A DNA stretch of 42,133 nt from Bacteroidota bacterium (lineage in GTDB: Bacteria > Bacteroidota > Bacteroidia > Bacteroidales > UBA1402): NCBI GenBank assembly GCA_030706285.1, contig JAUZOU010000001.1, forward strand, positions 1-42,133, written 5' to 3'. Shown piece after piece: positions 8,373 to 17,227 of the stretch (position 1 is its first letter; each line of letters starts with the position of its first letter). The notes below the pieces were generated by a model. It did no database searches. It worked only from the letters and a program-made list of their open reading frames with translations, and had not been told where the DNA came from. A program made the translations under genes and the position numbers.

Positions 8373-9140
8373 CTATTCCGCCAAAATGAACCCCACTTCA
8401 TAACTTTTCAGCCACTCGATGTCCTCATTGCGAATGCCAGAATCGGTGATCAAATAATTGATGAGTGAAAGCGCCCCCAAACTGGCAAACGAATTTTTAC
8501 CGATTTTGGAAGAATCTGCCACCAAATATGTCATACTGGCCGATTCGATCATGGCCCGTTTGACACAAATATCACTGATGCCCGGATAAGTCAATCCAGA
8601 TTTCAGTGCCAGGCCGGCCGTAGCCAGAAACAACTTGTCAACATGAAGGTTGTGAAAGAAATCAGCGGCTTTTTGCCCAGTAAGAGACAGTGTTGGTGCT
8701 TTAAACTCCCCACCGGTGACAATCACGTTGATGCCGGCTTGTGCACCCAATATCAACGCAATATTGAGCGCATTGGTTATGACGGTCAAATTGCGGTAAC
8801 CGACCAGCAATTTGGCAATTTCAGTTGTTGTGGAACCTGAATCCAGAATGATCATGTCGCCCTCTTCGATAAACTCGACAGCCTTTCTGGCTATCATCAT
8901 TTTTTCCGCATGATGCTTTTCCTGATTTTGCAAACTAAAATTCCGGACATTCAAATCGATGTCTTTCAAATAAGCACCACCATGCTCACGCACGACATAA
9001 TCGTCCTTTTCCAGCTGGTCAAGATCCTGGCGGATAGTAACTTCAGTGACTTTAAAAATGCGGCTCAGATCAAGCACTTTGGCGTGCCCATCCTCTCTGA
9101 TCAGTTCCAGAATTTTTTCGCGACGTTGATTGGGTAACAT
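8373..9140 (-). CDS. DeoR/GlpR-family transcriptional regulator
   Basis: 255 aa. N-terminal HTH RREKILELIREDGHAKVLDLSRIFKVTEVTIRQDLDQLEKDDYV and a C-terminal DeoR sugar-phosphate-binding domain (ILDSGSTT...VITN). It is the last gene of the sugar operon. Confidence 0.9.
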   Translation of the reverse strand: MLPNQRREKILELIREDGHAKVLDLSRIFKVTEVTIRQDLDQLEKDDYVVREHGGAYLKDIDLNVRNFSLQNQEKHHAEKMMIARKAVEFIEEGDMIILDSGSTTTEIAKLLVGYRNLTVITNALNIALILGAQAGINVIVTGGEFKAPTLSLTGQKAADFFHNLHVDKLFLATAGLALKSGLTYPGISDICVKRAMIESASMTYLVADSSKIGKNSFASLGALSLINYLITDSGIRNEDIEWLKSYEVGFILAE

Positions 9141-9164
9141 GGATGCAAAGATAGGTTGAATTTC

Positions 9165-10019
9165 TTAGTTTCCCCGAATTAAAGTAAACGGTGTGTTGAA
9201 GGTGCCCTTATTTTCCATGCCGTCCAGCACTTTCAGGGCATATTTGATTCCTTGCACAGCCATCTGGGAACCATAGGCATCGACCGTAGCCAACAAAGCC
9301 CCTGATTTAAGGTGTTCCCGCATGGAAAAATCGTTATCAAACCCTACGACAGGAATGATACCGGTCAGCTGCCTTTCGGCCAATACCCTGATCACACCCA
9401 ACGCCATGGCATCATTACAGCACAAAATCCCATCCACATCAGGATTATGGGCAAACAGACGGCGAAAGACGATCTCCGCCTTTTCAGTCTCCCAATCGGC
9501 CGCATCACAGCCCAACAACCTGAGCCCGGCTTGATCCATGGATTTAATAAAACCGTTGTGCCGCTGTTGCGCATTTTCAGCCACACGCAACCCATCGATC
9601 AGTATGATGCCGTCTCCAGGATTCAACTGACTGGCCAGTATATCGCCCACGGCTTTAGCAGCCGTCTCGTTGTCAGGTCCGACGTATGCGAGCTCAACAC
9701 CATTCTCAGCCAGCAATGTTTCGTCCAGACGGATGTCGATGTTTATCACTTTGATGCCGGCGCGAACAGCTTTAACTACCACAGGGACAAGCGCTGTTGA
9801 ATCGATAGGTACCACCACGATGGCATCCATTCCATCGGAAATCATACCTTCGATCAACTTGATTTGAAGATCGATTTCCGTTTGATTGGATGTCCCTGTT
9901 GTAAACAATTGAAACGTATTGTTTGCCTCGGCAAACAAACAGGCTCCTTTTTCCATTTCCCGGAAAAAATCCGCCTGCCGTGATTTCATCACCAAGCCAA
10001 TACGAAGTGGTTGTTTCAT
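9165..10019 (-). CDS. Periplasmic-binding-protein-fold (RbsB/LacI type I) sugar-binding domain protein lacking both a signal peptide and an HTH
   Basis: 284 aa. It begins directly with the first beta-strand, MKQPLRIGLVMKS. Other motifs: DAIVVVPIDS...AGIKVINIDI...YVGPDN...CCNDAMALGV...VVGFDN. The start codon lies 2 nt after the stop of the transporter gene, leaving no room for a leader peptide. Confidence 0.75.
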   Translation of the reverse strand: MKQPLRIGLVMKSRQADFFREMEKGACLFAEANNTFQLFTTGTSNQTEIDLQIKLIEGMISDGMDAIVVVPIDSTALVPVVVKAVRAGIKVINIDIRLDETLLAENGVELAYVGPDNETAAKAVGDILASQLNPGDGIILIDGLRVAENAQQRHNGFIKSMDQAGLRLLGCDAADWETEKAEIVFRRLFAHNPDVDGILCCNDAMALGVIRVLAERQLTGIIPVVGFDNDFSMREHLKSGALLATVDAYGSQMAVQGIKYALKVLDGMENKGTFNTPFTLIRGN

Positions 10020-10021
10020 GA

Positions 10022-11044
10022 TCAGTTAGATGATAGCGTAATTAAAACAAGTCCAAGGATAAACAATCCGAACATAATAGCCAGACGGGCATTGGTTCCC
10101 TTGGGTGCGTCCCGGAATTCTTTCCAGATCAGAACGCCCCAGATCATCGCCACTACCGGGGCCGCATTGCTGAGAGCATACGATATGGCCGGATTGGCCG
10201 CACCGGCAGCCATAAAGCTCAGTTCCATACCGATCATCCAGATGATACCGCCCAGCACACCAGTCAAATGGGTACCGAGGCTTCCTTTAAAATAGTCGCT
10301 AAAAACTACGGGGATCCCTTGTACAGGATGCTTCATGGCATACAGGTTAAAGATAGGTGTGCTGATGACAGCGCCGATAGCAAACAGAAAGACTCCCGTA
10401 AAGGGTGTCAGCGTGCCTGAACCTCCAGCCACAAATTGATGGTCAAGAGATTTCACGACCAGTCCATAGAAAAATGCGATGGTAATACCTGCACATAGTG
10501 CCAGCAGAAGACCGGTTTTAGTCGATTTAAGCGCACCTTTGGCCTTTTCCTGACGGCGGTAAGCCGATGTACAGAAAATGATGGCAGCCACGATCGCCGC
10601 GACACCAACAAACAGCATAACCGGATTTCCGTTGAAAGTTCCCTTGTCAAGTACCACCAGCAGATAATTGACAACAATGCCAAGCACCCAGGCTAAACCG
10701 CCTCCTACCGGAAAGCCTACAGCCATGCCGGCCACAGCCATGGCAGCCACCAGCAGGAACGTACCGAGATTCCAGACAATGCCTCCAACAAGGGCGTACA
10801 TAATGCTGGTTCCGTCAGCCTGACCAAGATCTTGTATGAAATGACGACCTGTTTCCCCGATACTGCCGACTGTAAACGCGGCGACAATGGCCGTCAGTAA
10901 AAGTCCGATGACAAAATCGAAATAAAACAGTTCATAGCGCCAGCTTTTGGCTGCCAGTTTTTGGGTATTGGCCCAGGAGCCCCAGCAAATCATCGTAATG
11001 AAACAGCACAGGATGGCGATGCCGTAATTTTGAATCAGTATCAT
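10022..11044 (-). CDS. DMT-superfamily sugar permease (GRP/RhaT-like, 10 TM)
   Basis: 340 aa, highly hydrophobic, with duplicated 5-TM halves. N-terminal ...CWGSWANTQK... resembles glucose/ribose-porter-type carriers. It is embedded in a sugar catabolic operon. Confidence 0.6.
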   Translation of the reverse strand: MILIQNYGIAILCCFITMICWGSWANTQKLAAKSWRYELFYFDFVIGLLLTAIVAAFTVGSIGETGRHFIQDLGQADGTSIMYALVGGIVWNLGTFLLVAAMAVAGMAVGFPVGGGLAWVLGIVVNYLLVVLDKGTFNGNPVMLFVGVAAIVAAIIFCTSAYRRQEKAKGALKSTKTGLLLALCAGITIAFFYGLVVKSLDHQFVAGGSGTLTPFTGVFLFAIGAVISTPIFNLYAMKHPVQGIPVVFSDYFKGSLGTHLTGVLGGIIWMIGMELSFMAAGAANPAISYALSNAAPVVAMIWGVLIWKEFRDAPKGTNARLAIMFGLFILGLVLITLSSN

Positions 11045-11065
11045 AATTTTTCGTGGATAACAGGT

Positions 11066-12484
11066 TTATGAATGGCGATACAGATTCCAGCCCAGATAGC
11101 TGTCGATGGCTTCTTCGATGATGTCGGCGACATTACCGCGAACCATACCTACATGATGTTCAAATCCGTTTTTACACATATACTTGAGCAATCCTTGAAG
11201 ATTTTCCACTTCAGAAACGGCAATACCACCATCCATCGGATAGGGGTCATTGGTAAACTGGCCTTCTCCCAGATACGATTTAATGATACCCAGGTTGTCG
11301 TCAGTGGAAATACGGAAGTACGTAAATGGTCCGGCCGTCACTTTACCTTTTACGGCACCAAAGGTATTCACACGGCCCAGTACATTTCCAAGTACACCGA
11401 GTGTACCAAGTTCCAGGTCGTTTTTGGTAAAACTCTTGGCAAAATTGCCGCAATGGGTGCACACACATTTGTTGCGTTCTTCAGCAAAATTGTTGTTCCA
11501 GTCCAGCAAGGCTGAAGGTTGCCCGGAAGCCAGCATCAGCGTGTACATGGAAACAGCTCCGGCGACATCGACTTCGCAGGCACTCGGCATCAGCTTTTCG
11601 CTCATCATACTCATGCTGACGCAAGCGGCACAGCCATAGTTTTTCTCCAGAGAATCCCAGCATTGGACAGCTGTCGCATCAATTTCATTTTCAGCTACCC
11701 AATCATCAATGGCCAGCCCGAATTTAGCCTGAGTGACGAGTCTTTCCTCGAAGGCCTTCGGCACACGGGCATACGTTTTAATTTCGTCGATCCGGGCTTT
11801 CAGGTTAGCGGCATGGTCATCAACCTTGCCTGCAGCAGCCAGAATTTCAGACAAGTCGACCGGAACGACAGTGATGCCTGTGGCCTGAAGTAGTTTTTCG
11901 CTGGCACGGCAAGTCTGGAAACCGGCCGGACGGGTACCGATGGCACCGATGCGCGCGTTGCGCAAGCCGTTGACCACGCGGCAGACACTGGCAAAATAAT
12001 CCAGGTCTTTCTTGAATTCTTCACTATGAATGGAATAGGTATGGAAGGTCGTATCCGTAAATGGAATGTCGTACTGATACAAATTGTTGCAAACGGAGAG
12101 CTTTCCGCAGAAGGCATCGCGGCGTTTGTCCAAGGTTACTTTATCGTTTTCGTCGTCACAGGCTTGTACCAGGATGGGGACATTCAGGTCTGCCAGGCTG
12201 ATCGAGTTAATGATGCCTATTTCAAAACCGAAGTTCGGCAAGGAAACAATAATACCGTCAATTTCGTCACGGTGGGAACGGAACAGACGCGCACATTTTT
12301 TTCCGTCTTCACGGGTTTCGATACTGCCGGTTTCAGTTTCCGCTTCGTCCAGGATGATATAGTTGTAGCCTTGTGCTGTGATTTGTGCCAGCACTGTGGC
12401 GCGGACATCCGCTGCCAGAGCGGAATTGAAATAATTCCGGGTACCGATGATGATACCGAAAGTCAATTGTTTGTTGAATGCCAT
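11066..12484 (-). CDS. L-fucose/L-arabinose-isomerase-family sugar isomerase (substrate unknown)
   Basis: 472 aa. LTFGIIIGTRNYFN...DGIIVSLPNFG...GTRPAGFQT...LLDWNNNF...CGN and the overall length fit the short FucI-like isomerase family. Confidence 0.75.
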   Translation of the reverse strand: MAFNKQLTFGIIIGTRNYFNSALAADVRATVLAQITAQGYNYIILDEAETETGSIETREDGKKCARLFRSHRDEIDGIIVSLPNFGFEIGIINSISLADLNVPILVQACDDENDKVTLDKRRDAFCGKLSVCNNLYQYDIPFTDTTFHTYSIHSEEFKKDLDYFASVCRVVNGLRNARIGAIGTRPAGFQTCRASEKLLQATGITVVPVDLSEILAAAGKVDDHAANLKARIDEIKTYARVPKAFEERLVTQAKFGLAIDDWVAENEIDATAVQCWDSLEKNYGCAACVSMSMMSEKLMPSACEVDVAGAVSMYTLMLASGQPSALLDWNNNFAEERNKCVCTHCGNFAKSFTKNDLELGTLGVLGNVLGRVNTFGAVKGKVTAGPFTYFRISTDDNLGIIKSYLGEGQFTNDPYPMDGGIAVSEVENLQGLLKYMCKNGFEHHVGMVRGNVADIIEEAIDSYLGWNLYRHS

Positions 12485-12514
12485 TGTATATAGATTTTAA
12501 AGGTTGATCGTTTG

Positions 12515-13993
12515 TTAATTGACTAAGGCCAACCGGACGGCCTTTTCCCAGCCGGTATAAAGTGTCTTCATTTCTTCTCCGGACATCCGTGGCAAGATAT
12601 CATCATCATTGGTCCGCAAAGCTGTCAATTCAGCCAGGGAATGCCAGTGTTCCAACGCCAAACCACTCATCAGCACAGCACCAAGTGCAGAGGCCTCCTC
12701 AATGGGGCTCCGATTGATCCGTGCCTGCAGCATGTCAGCCTGGAACTGCATCAGGAACTTGTTTTTAACCGGACCACCATCCACCCGGAGTTCCTGTAAG
12801 GCTATACCCGAACGTTCCATCAGCCCAATGAGGTCCTTAACCTGATAAGCGATGGATTCAAGCGCCGCACGAACCAAATGGGCCTTTGACGTACCGCGGT
12901 TCATGCCACAAATGAGCGCCTTCGCTTCACTGTCCCACCAGGGAGCGCCTAAACCGGCAAAGGCCGGTACGAGGTACACCCCGTCCGTACTCTCGACCGA
13001 TGTGGCCAATGCCTCTGTCTCAGCGGCACTGCCTATAAGTTGCAACTCATCCTGCATCCACTTGATGGTCGCACCAGTACAATGAATGTTGCCCTCAAAC
13101 GCGTAATACACCTTGCCAGCTGCGGCAAAGCCGACCGAAGTCACCAATCCGTGTGGAGCCGGCAGCAGTGTCTCGCCGATGTTCACCATGATGGAAGAAC
13201 CTGTACCGTATGTAGCTTTGCCCATACCTTTAGAAAAACACATCTGCCCTGTCAGCGCACCGTGAGAATCACCCAACACACCGGCTATCGGTGTAACAGG
13301 CAACAAGCCGTTCAACGTGGTCGTACCGAAAATCCGGTCGCAAGGCATAGGTTCCGGAGCCATACTCAACGGAATATGAAACAGGTTCAGCAGTTCGGGA
13401 TCAAATTTAAGCGTATGGATATTGAACAGCAACGTACGTGAAGCGTTGGTATAATCGGTTGCATGTACGGTTCCTTGAGTAAAATTCCAGATAAGCCAGG
13501 TATCCATTGTTCCAAAAAGTAATTGTCCGGCCTCTGCGTTTTCACGGGCACCAGGCACATTATCCAGAATCCATTGGATACCGCTGGCTGAAAAATACGG
13601 ATTGAGGAGCAACCCCGTCTTGTTTCTCACCATCGGTTCCTGACCATCTGCCACGAGCTTTTCGCAGATGCCGGCCCCTCGGTTACATTGCCAGACTATC
13701 GCATGGCAGACAGGTTTTCCGGTTCGTTTATCCCACACAACAACCGTTTCCCGTTGGTTGGTCACTGCCACCGACAGGACATCAGCCGGATTAATGCCGG
13801 AATTGGCGATCACTTCGGACGCCGCCTGATACGTATTACGTAAAATTTCCTCGGCATCATGTTCCACCCAACCAGGCGTTGGATAGAATTGCCGGTGATC
13901 GACGGACGCACGCGCCACCAGCCTGGCCTGCTCATCAAAAAGCAGGACTTTTGTGGCAGATGTACTCTGATCTATGGCAAGTGTGTATTTCAT
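12515..13993 (-). CDS. FGGY-family carbohydrate kinase (glycerol-kinase-like)
   Basis: 492 aa. YTLAIDQSTSATKVLLFD...PGWVEHDAEEI...TNQRETVVVWD...GTGSSIMVN...VDGGPVKN are canonical FGGY/GlpK motifs. Confidence 0.9.
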   Translation of the reverse strand: MKYTLAIDQSTSATKVLLFDEQARLVARASVDHRQFYPTPGWVEHDAEEILRNTYQAASEVIANSGINPADVLSVAVTNQRETVVVWDKRTGKPVCHAIVWQCNRGAGICEKLVADGQEPMVRNKTGLLLNPYFSASGIQWILDNVPGARENAEAGQLLFGTMDTWLIWNFTQGTVHATDYTNASRTLLFNIHTLKFDPELLNLFHIPLSMAPEPMPCDRIFGTTTLNGLLPVTPIAGVLGDSHGALTGQMCFSKGMGKATYGTGSSIMVNIGETLLPAPHGLVTSVGFAAAGKVYYAFEGNIHCTGATIKWMQDELQLIGSAAETEALATSVESTDGVYLVPAFAGLGAPWWDSEAKALICGMNRGTSKAHLVRAALESIAYQVKDLIGLMERSGIALQELRVDGGPVKNKFLMQFQADMLQARINRSPIEEASALGAVLMSGLALEHWHSLAELTALRTNDDDILPRMSGEEMKTLYTGWEKAVRLALVN

Positions 13994-14003
13994 GGTAAAA
14001 AAG

Positions 14004-14951
14004 TTAGTTCAAAAAGTCCAGGGCTGTCGCGACAATGCCTTCCGCATCCATCTTATAATAGTGAAAGATCTCCGGTGACTTACCGTGTACAGCATATTCG
14101 TCCGGAATGCCCAGTATCCGCATCGGTACCAGGCATTCTTGTACCACAACTTCAGCCGTAGCACTTCCGAGACCACCATAAATGCTGTGTTCTTCCACTG
14201 TAATAATGCCGGCAGTCTCTTTCGCCGCTTTCAACACTGCCTCCTTATCGAACGGTTTAAGGGTATGCATATCAAGTACGCGTGCCCGAATACCTTTTGC
14301 TCTTAACTGTTCTCCGGCACACTGGCATTGGTAGACCGTTTCTCCGGTTCCGATCAAGGTCAGGTCATTCCCGTCCATCAAGAGATTGGCCTTACCGATC
14401 TCAAACGGGCAATCGAAGTTTTCGTAGACATTGGGAACAGCATTGCGTCCCACGCGAACATAGACCGGATGCGGGTAATTCACGAGTATCTCAGCTAACC
14501 GGTGTGATTGATAGATGTCGCATGGCAGCACAATTTGCATATTGGGAAACGTCCTGAGCACGGCTATGTCGTGCAGGCTATGATGGGAAAATCCCAGCGC
14601 GCCATAACTCACCCCTCCGCTCACCCCCAGGATTTTGACAGGATTGTTCGAATAGGCAACATCAATTTTCACCTGTTCCAGGCTACGGGCCACATAAAAA
14701 CAAGCCGGACCGCAGACAAACGGTTTCTTTCCGGCTGAAGCCAGACCGGCAGCCACTCCGACAGCGTTTTGTTCGGCAATGCCAAGTTCCACACATTGCT
14801 CCGGAAGCTGTTTAAAAAAATCGTCCAGTGTGACGGAGCCCCTGGCATCAGTGGTTACCACCACTACATCACGGTCTTGTTTCGCCTGTTCGAGCAACGT
14901 GTCGGTAATCATCTTCCGGCACGGTATCGTATTAGTGTCAGTTGCACTCAT
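14004..14951 (-). CDS. Transketolase, C-terminal (pyrimidine-binding + C-terminal domain) subunit
   Basis: 315 aa. ...ELGIAEQNAVGVAAGLA..GKKPF...FSHHSLHDIA..R..PNM. A 4-nt ATGA overlap joins it to the N-terminal subunit gene. Confidence 0.9.
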   Translation of the reverse strand: MSATDTNTIPCRKMITDTLLEQAKQDRDVVVVTTDARGSVTLDDFFKQLPEQCVELGIAEQNAVGVAAGLASAGKKPFVCGPACFYVARSLEQVKIDVAYSNNPVKILGVSGGVSYGALGFSHHSLHDIAVLRTFPNMQIVLPCDIYQSHRLAEILVNYPHPVYVRVGRNAVPNVYENFDCPFEIGKANLLMDGNDLTLIGTGETVYQCQCAGEQLRAKGIRARVLDMHTLKPFDKEAVLKAAKETAGIITVEEHSIYGGLGSATAEVVVQECLVPMRILGIPDEYAVHGKSPEIFHYYKMDAEGIVATALDFLN

Positions 14952-15796
14952 TGCTTCAGTTCATTGATTCGTTGATTAATTTCAACCAGAGCTTGATTGT
15001 ATAGTTCCTGATTGGGCACGCCATGGTGCCATTTAGCCTGATCTTCCATGGATGAGACACCTTTACCCTTAATGGTATGGGCGAGAATGAGTTTGGGCTT
15101 TTTATCCTGATAATCGAAGCTGTCGAACAGGGTTACCAGATTTTCCATATCATTACCATCCACGTCGAATACGTTCCAGCCAAACGCTTCCCAGCGTTCC
15201 CGTAACGGTTCAAGCGCCATCACGTCTTCCGTCTTGCCCGATATCTGCAGCGTGTTCCGGTCAATAATGGCTACCAGGCTTCCCAGTTTGTAATGGCTGG
15301 CCGACATGGCTGCTTCATATATGGAACCTTCGCCCTGCTCTCCGTCCCCCATCAGAACGAATGTACGGAACGATTGCTGATCCATTTTCGCGGCCAGTGC
15401 CATACCGACGCCCACCGAAAGGCCGTGTCCCAAGGCGCCGCTATTCAGTTCGATACCAGGGATTTTTTTCGTTGGATGTCCGGCCAGTTTGGTTCCGAAA
15501 TGGCCATAAGTATCCAGCATTTCCTGAGAGATGAACCCTCTGGAGGCCAAGACTGAATAATAAGCTTCCACACTATGGCCTTTACTCAGAATAAACCGGT
15601 CCCGGCCGGGTTTCACCGGATCATCCGGATTGATGTTCATCACGTGAAAGTACAGAGCCGTTTCCACATCGACAGAAGAGAGCGACCCTCCGATGTGGCC
15701 CGATTTGGACATATAAACAATTTCCACCAGCCGTTTACGGATTTCTTCGGCACGTAATTTCAGTTGCTTTACCTCATCCGGATTCGTTTCAATCAT
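14948..15796 (-). CDS. Transketolase, N-terminal (thiamine-diphosphate-binding) subunit
   Basis: 282 aa. SGHIGGSLS...DRFILSKGH...GHP...GALGHGLSVGVGMA...LMGDGEQGEGSIYEA...IIDRN is the classical split-transketolase TPP-binding half. Confidence 0.9.
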   Translation of the reverse strand: MIETNPDEVKQLKLRAEEIRKRLVEIVYMSKSGHIGGSLSSVDVETALYFHVMNINPDDPVKPGRDRFILSKGHSVEAYYSVLASRGFISQEMLDTYGHFGTKLAGHPTKKIPGIELNSGALGHGLSVGVGMALAAKMDQQSFRTFVLMGDGEQGEGSIYEAAMSASHYKLGSLVAIIDRNTLQISGKTEDVMALEPLRERWEAFGWNVFDVDGNDMENLVTLFDSFDYQDKKPKLILAHTIKGKGVSSMEDQAKWHHGVPNQELYNQALVEINQRINELKQ

Positions 15797-15907
15797 GCCA
15801 TCGTTCGTTTTTGTTTGGTTTCGTTCGCAAACATATACAAAATGAAACGAAGATACAAGAAAATATTCGAAAGAAAACGAAAGAAGATTTATTGAAAATC
15901 AAACGAC
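15783..15907. promoter_or_regulatory. Array of TTCGTT / AACGAA hexamers with an orientation switch, in the promoter/leader of the transketolase operon (candidate DeoR operator set)
   Basis: TTCGTT at 15783, 15804 and 15820. AACGAA at 15846 and 15876. AACGAC at 15902. The orientation flips around 15835, where the putative -7 box sits. Confidence 0.4.
15828..15835 (-). promoter_or_regulatory. Bacteroidota-type -7 promoter element (TAnnTTTG) for the sugar operon
   Basis: The minus strand reads TATGTTTG, 32 nt upstream of the ATG at 15796. Confidence 0.4.
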
Positions 15908-15927
15908 TTTTTGATAAGCCAATTTAA

Positions 15928-17061
15928 TTAGTTCATACGGCCTCTCATAAGCTTACTCGTCAGCCACCTTCTCACCGGTTCATCATATAATTTTACACAG
16001 CCATAGGCTAAAGCAATGGCTGAAATCAATACAAGAAACGCAACAGGTAACGATTGCGACAAGGTTATGTGGTTGTTCGATACCCAGGCCACAAACAGGT
16101 ATATCAATGGGTAATGCGTAATATAGATCGGATAGGAAATGTCACCAAGGAACTTGCACACCTTTGAGGAATAGCGGCCCTTCACTTGTCCGCTGGCCCC
16201 AACGTACACAATAAGCGGAAACACGAAAATGATGCACAGGGCAACATACAATCCATTCATCCATAGATGCTCTGTACCTCCGATCCTTGGAATCGAAAGC
16301 ACAATAACCAACAACAGACTGCACCACAGAAAGGCATGCGGAATACGTCCGGGTTTACAAATGCGTGAAAGTAATAATCCGGCAAAAAAGGGATACAATA
16401 ACCGGGTCAATCCGATACGAAGTTGGGTTGGCTCAATAGCCCAACCGCCAATCACGTCTCCACGAGTGACCGCCAGCTGGATGAGCGCACACCCAAACAG
16501 GAAGACAAAAAAGGCTAGGATTTTTTTTGAAAACTTCCTGATAAACAGAGCATACAGTATATTGGCAATGTATTCAAAAAAAAGAGACCATGCCGGACCA
16601 TCCAACGGATGCATCTCTGTCCAGCCTCTGATATCCATAGATGGAGGTACCGGAATTAAAGTAAAACCGATCAACATAATGAGCAATAATCGCCAGACCG
16701 GTACGCTGCTAATGATCGAAAAATCGCTACAGCCCTGAAAATAGTAGGTGATGGCACCGATCAGCATACCGGCAATGATCATCGGATGAAGCCGGATAAG
16801 CCGCCGTTTGAAAAAGCCCTTCAGGGTTAATTTGCCCCAACGGTCATCATAGGCATAACCGATCACAAATCCGGAAAGGACAAAAAAGAAATCCACAGCC
16901 ATATACCCGTGGTTGATGAGTTGCTTTATGTTGTTACCGCCGGTAAACGTTTCCAGAATATGAAACAGAACGACCAACACGGCTGCCACACCACGCAATC
17001 CGTCAAGGATTTCATAATGTTGTTTGGTGTCAGCATACGAAGCTGAGGATATGGAATTCAT
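15928..17061 (-). CDS. Acyltransferase family 3 integral membrane protein
   Basis: YEILDGLRGVAAVLVVLFHI...GYMAVDFFFVLSGFVI... and about 10 TM are typical of the Acyl_transf_3 family. The start is placed at the ATG at 17061; the track ORF begins at an upstream GTG (17091). Confidence 0.85.
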   Translation of the reverse strand: MNSISSASYADTKQHYEILDGLRGVAAVLVVLFHILETFTGGNNIKQLINHGYMAVDFFFVLSGFVIGYAYDDRWGKLTLKGFFKRRLIRLHPMIIAGMLIGAITYYFQGCSDFSIISSVPVWRLLLIMLIGFTLIPVPPSMDIRGWTEMHPLDGPAWSLFFEYIANILYALFIRKFSKKILAFFVFLFGCALIQLAVTRGDVIGGWAIEPTQLRIGLTRLLYPFFAGLLLSRICKPGRIPHAFLWCSLLLVIVLSIPRIGGTEHLWMNGLYVALCIIFVFPLIVYVGASGQVKGRYSSKVCKFLGDISYPIYITHYPLIYLFVAWVSNNHITLSQSLPVAFLVLISAIALAYGCVKLYDEPVRRWLTSKLMRGRMN

Positions 17062-17227
17062 GGGTTCGATGTCTTGCAAAGATTGTCGCACAAAAATAAC
17101 TGAATCGAATCATACTTTTCGATTTTAATCAGCATTTTTTGTTACAAATTTGTAAAGTTTTTTTCCGGCAGCAGCCATCAAGCAAAATCAAAAAACCGTC
17201 CGCTTTTTCCAAAAGGAACAGGTCTGA

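Noticed and set aside
11072-12493. Multiple 100-155-aa ORFs in alternative frames or antisense within the isomerase gene; similar sets occur inside the kinase, transketolase, GH and SusC genes
   Set aside because: All are fully embedded in longer ORFs that carry clear family motifs. They are typical shadow ORFs of GC-moderate coding DNA.
8373-15796. Idea that the split transketolase marks a sulfoquinovose 'sulfo-TK' type pathway
   Set aside because: As I recall, that route uses an isomerase and transketolase without a sugar kinase and includes sulfonate-handling and export steps. Here an FGGY kinase is central and no sulfonate-related gene is visible.
17142-17155. Perfect 14-bp palindrome TTACAAATTTGTAA upstream of the acyltransferase gene, plus the nearby AATCGAA-N8-TTCGATT hairpin at 17103-17124
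   Set aside because: These are short AT-rich symmetric elements in a promoter/terminator spacer, with no second copy elsewhere in the window. That is insufficient to propose a specific function.
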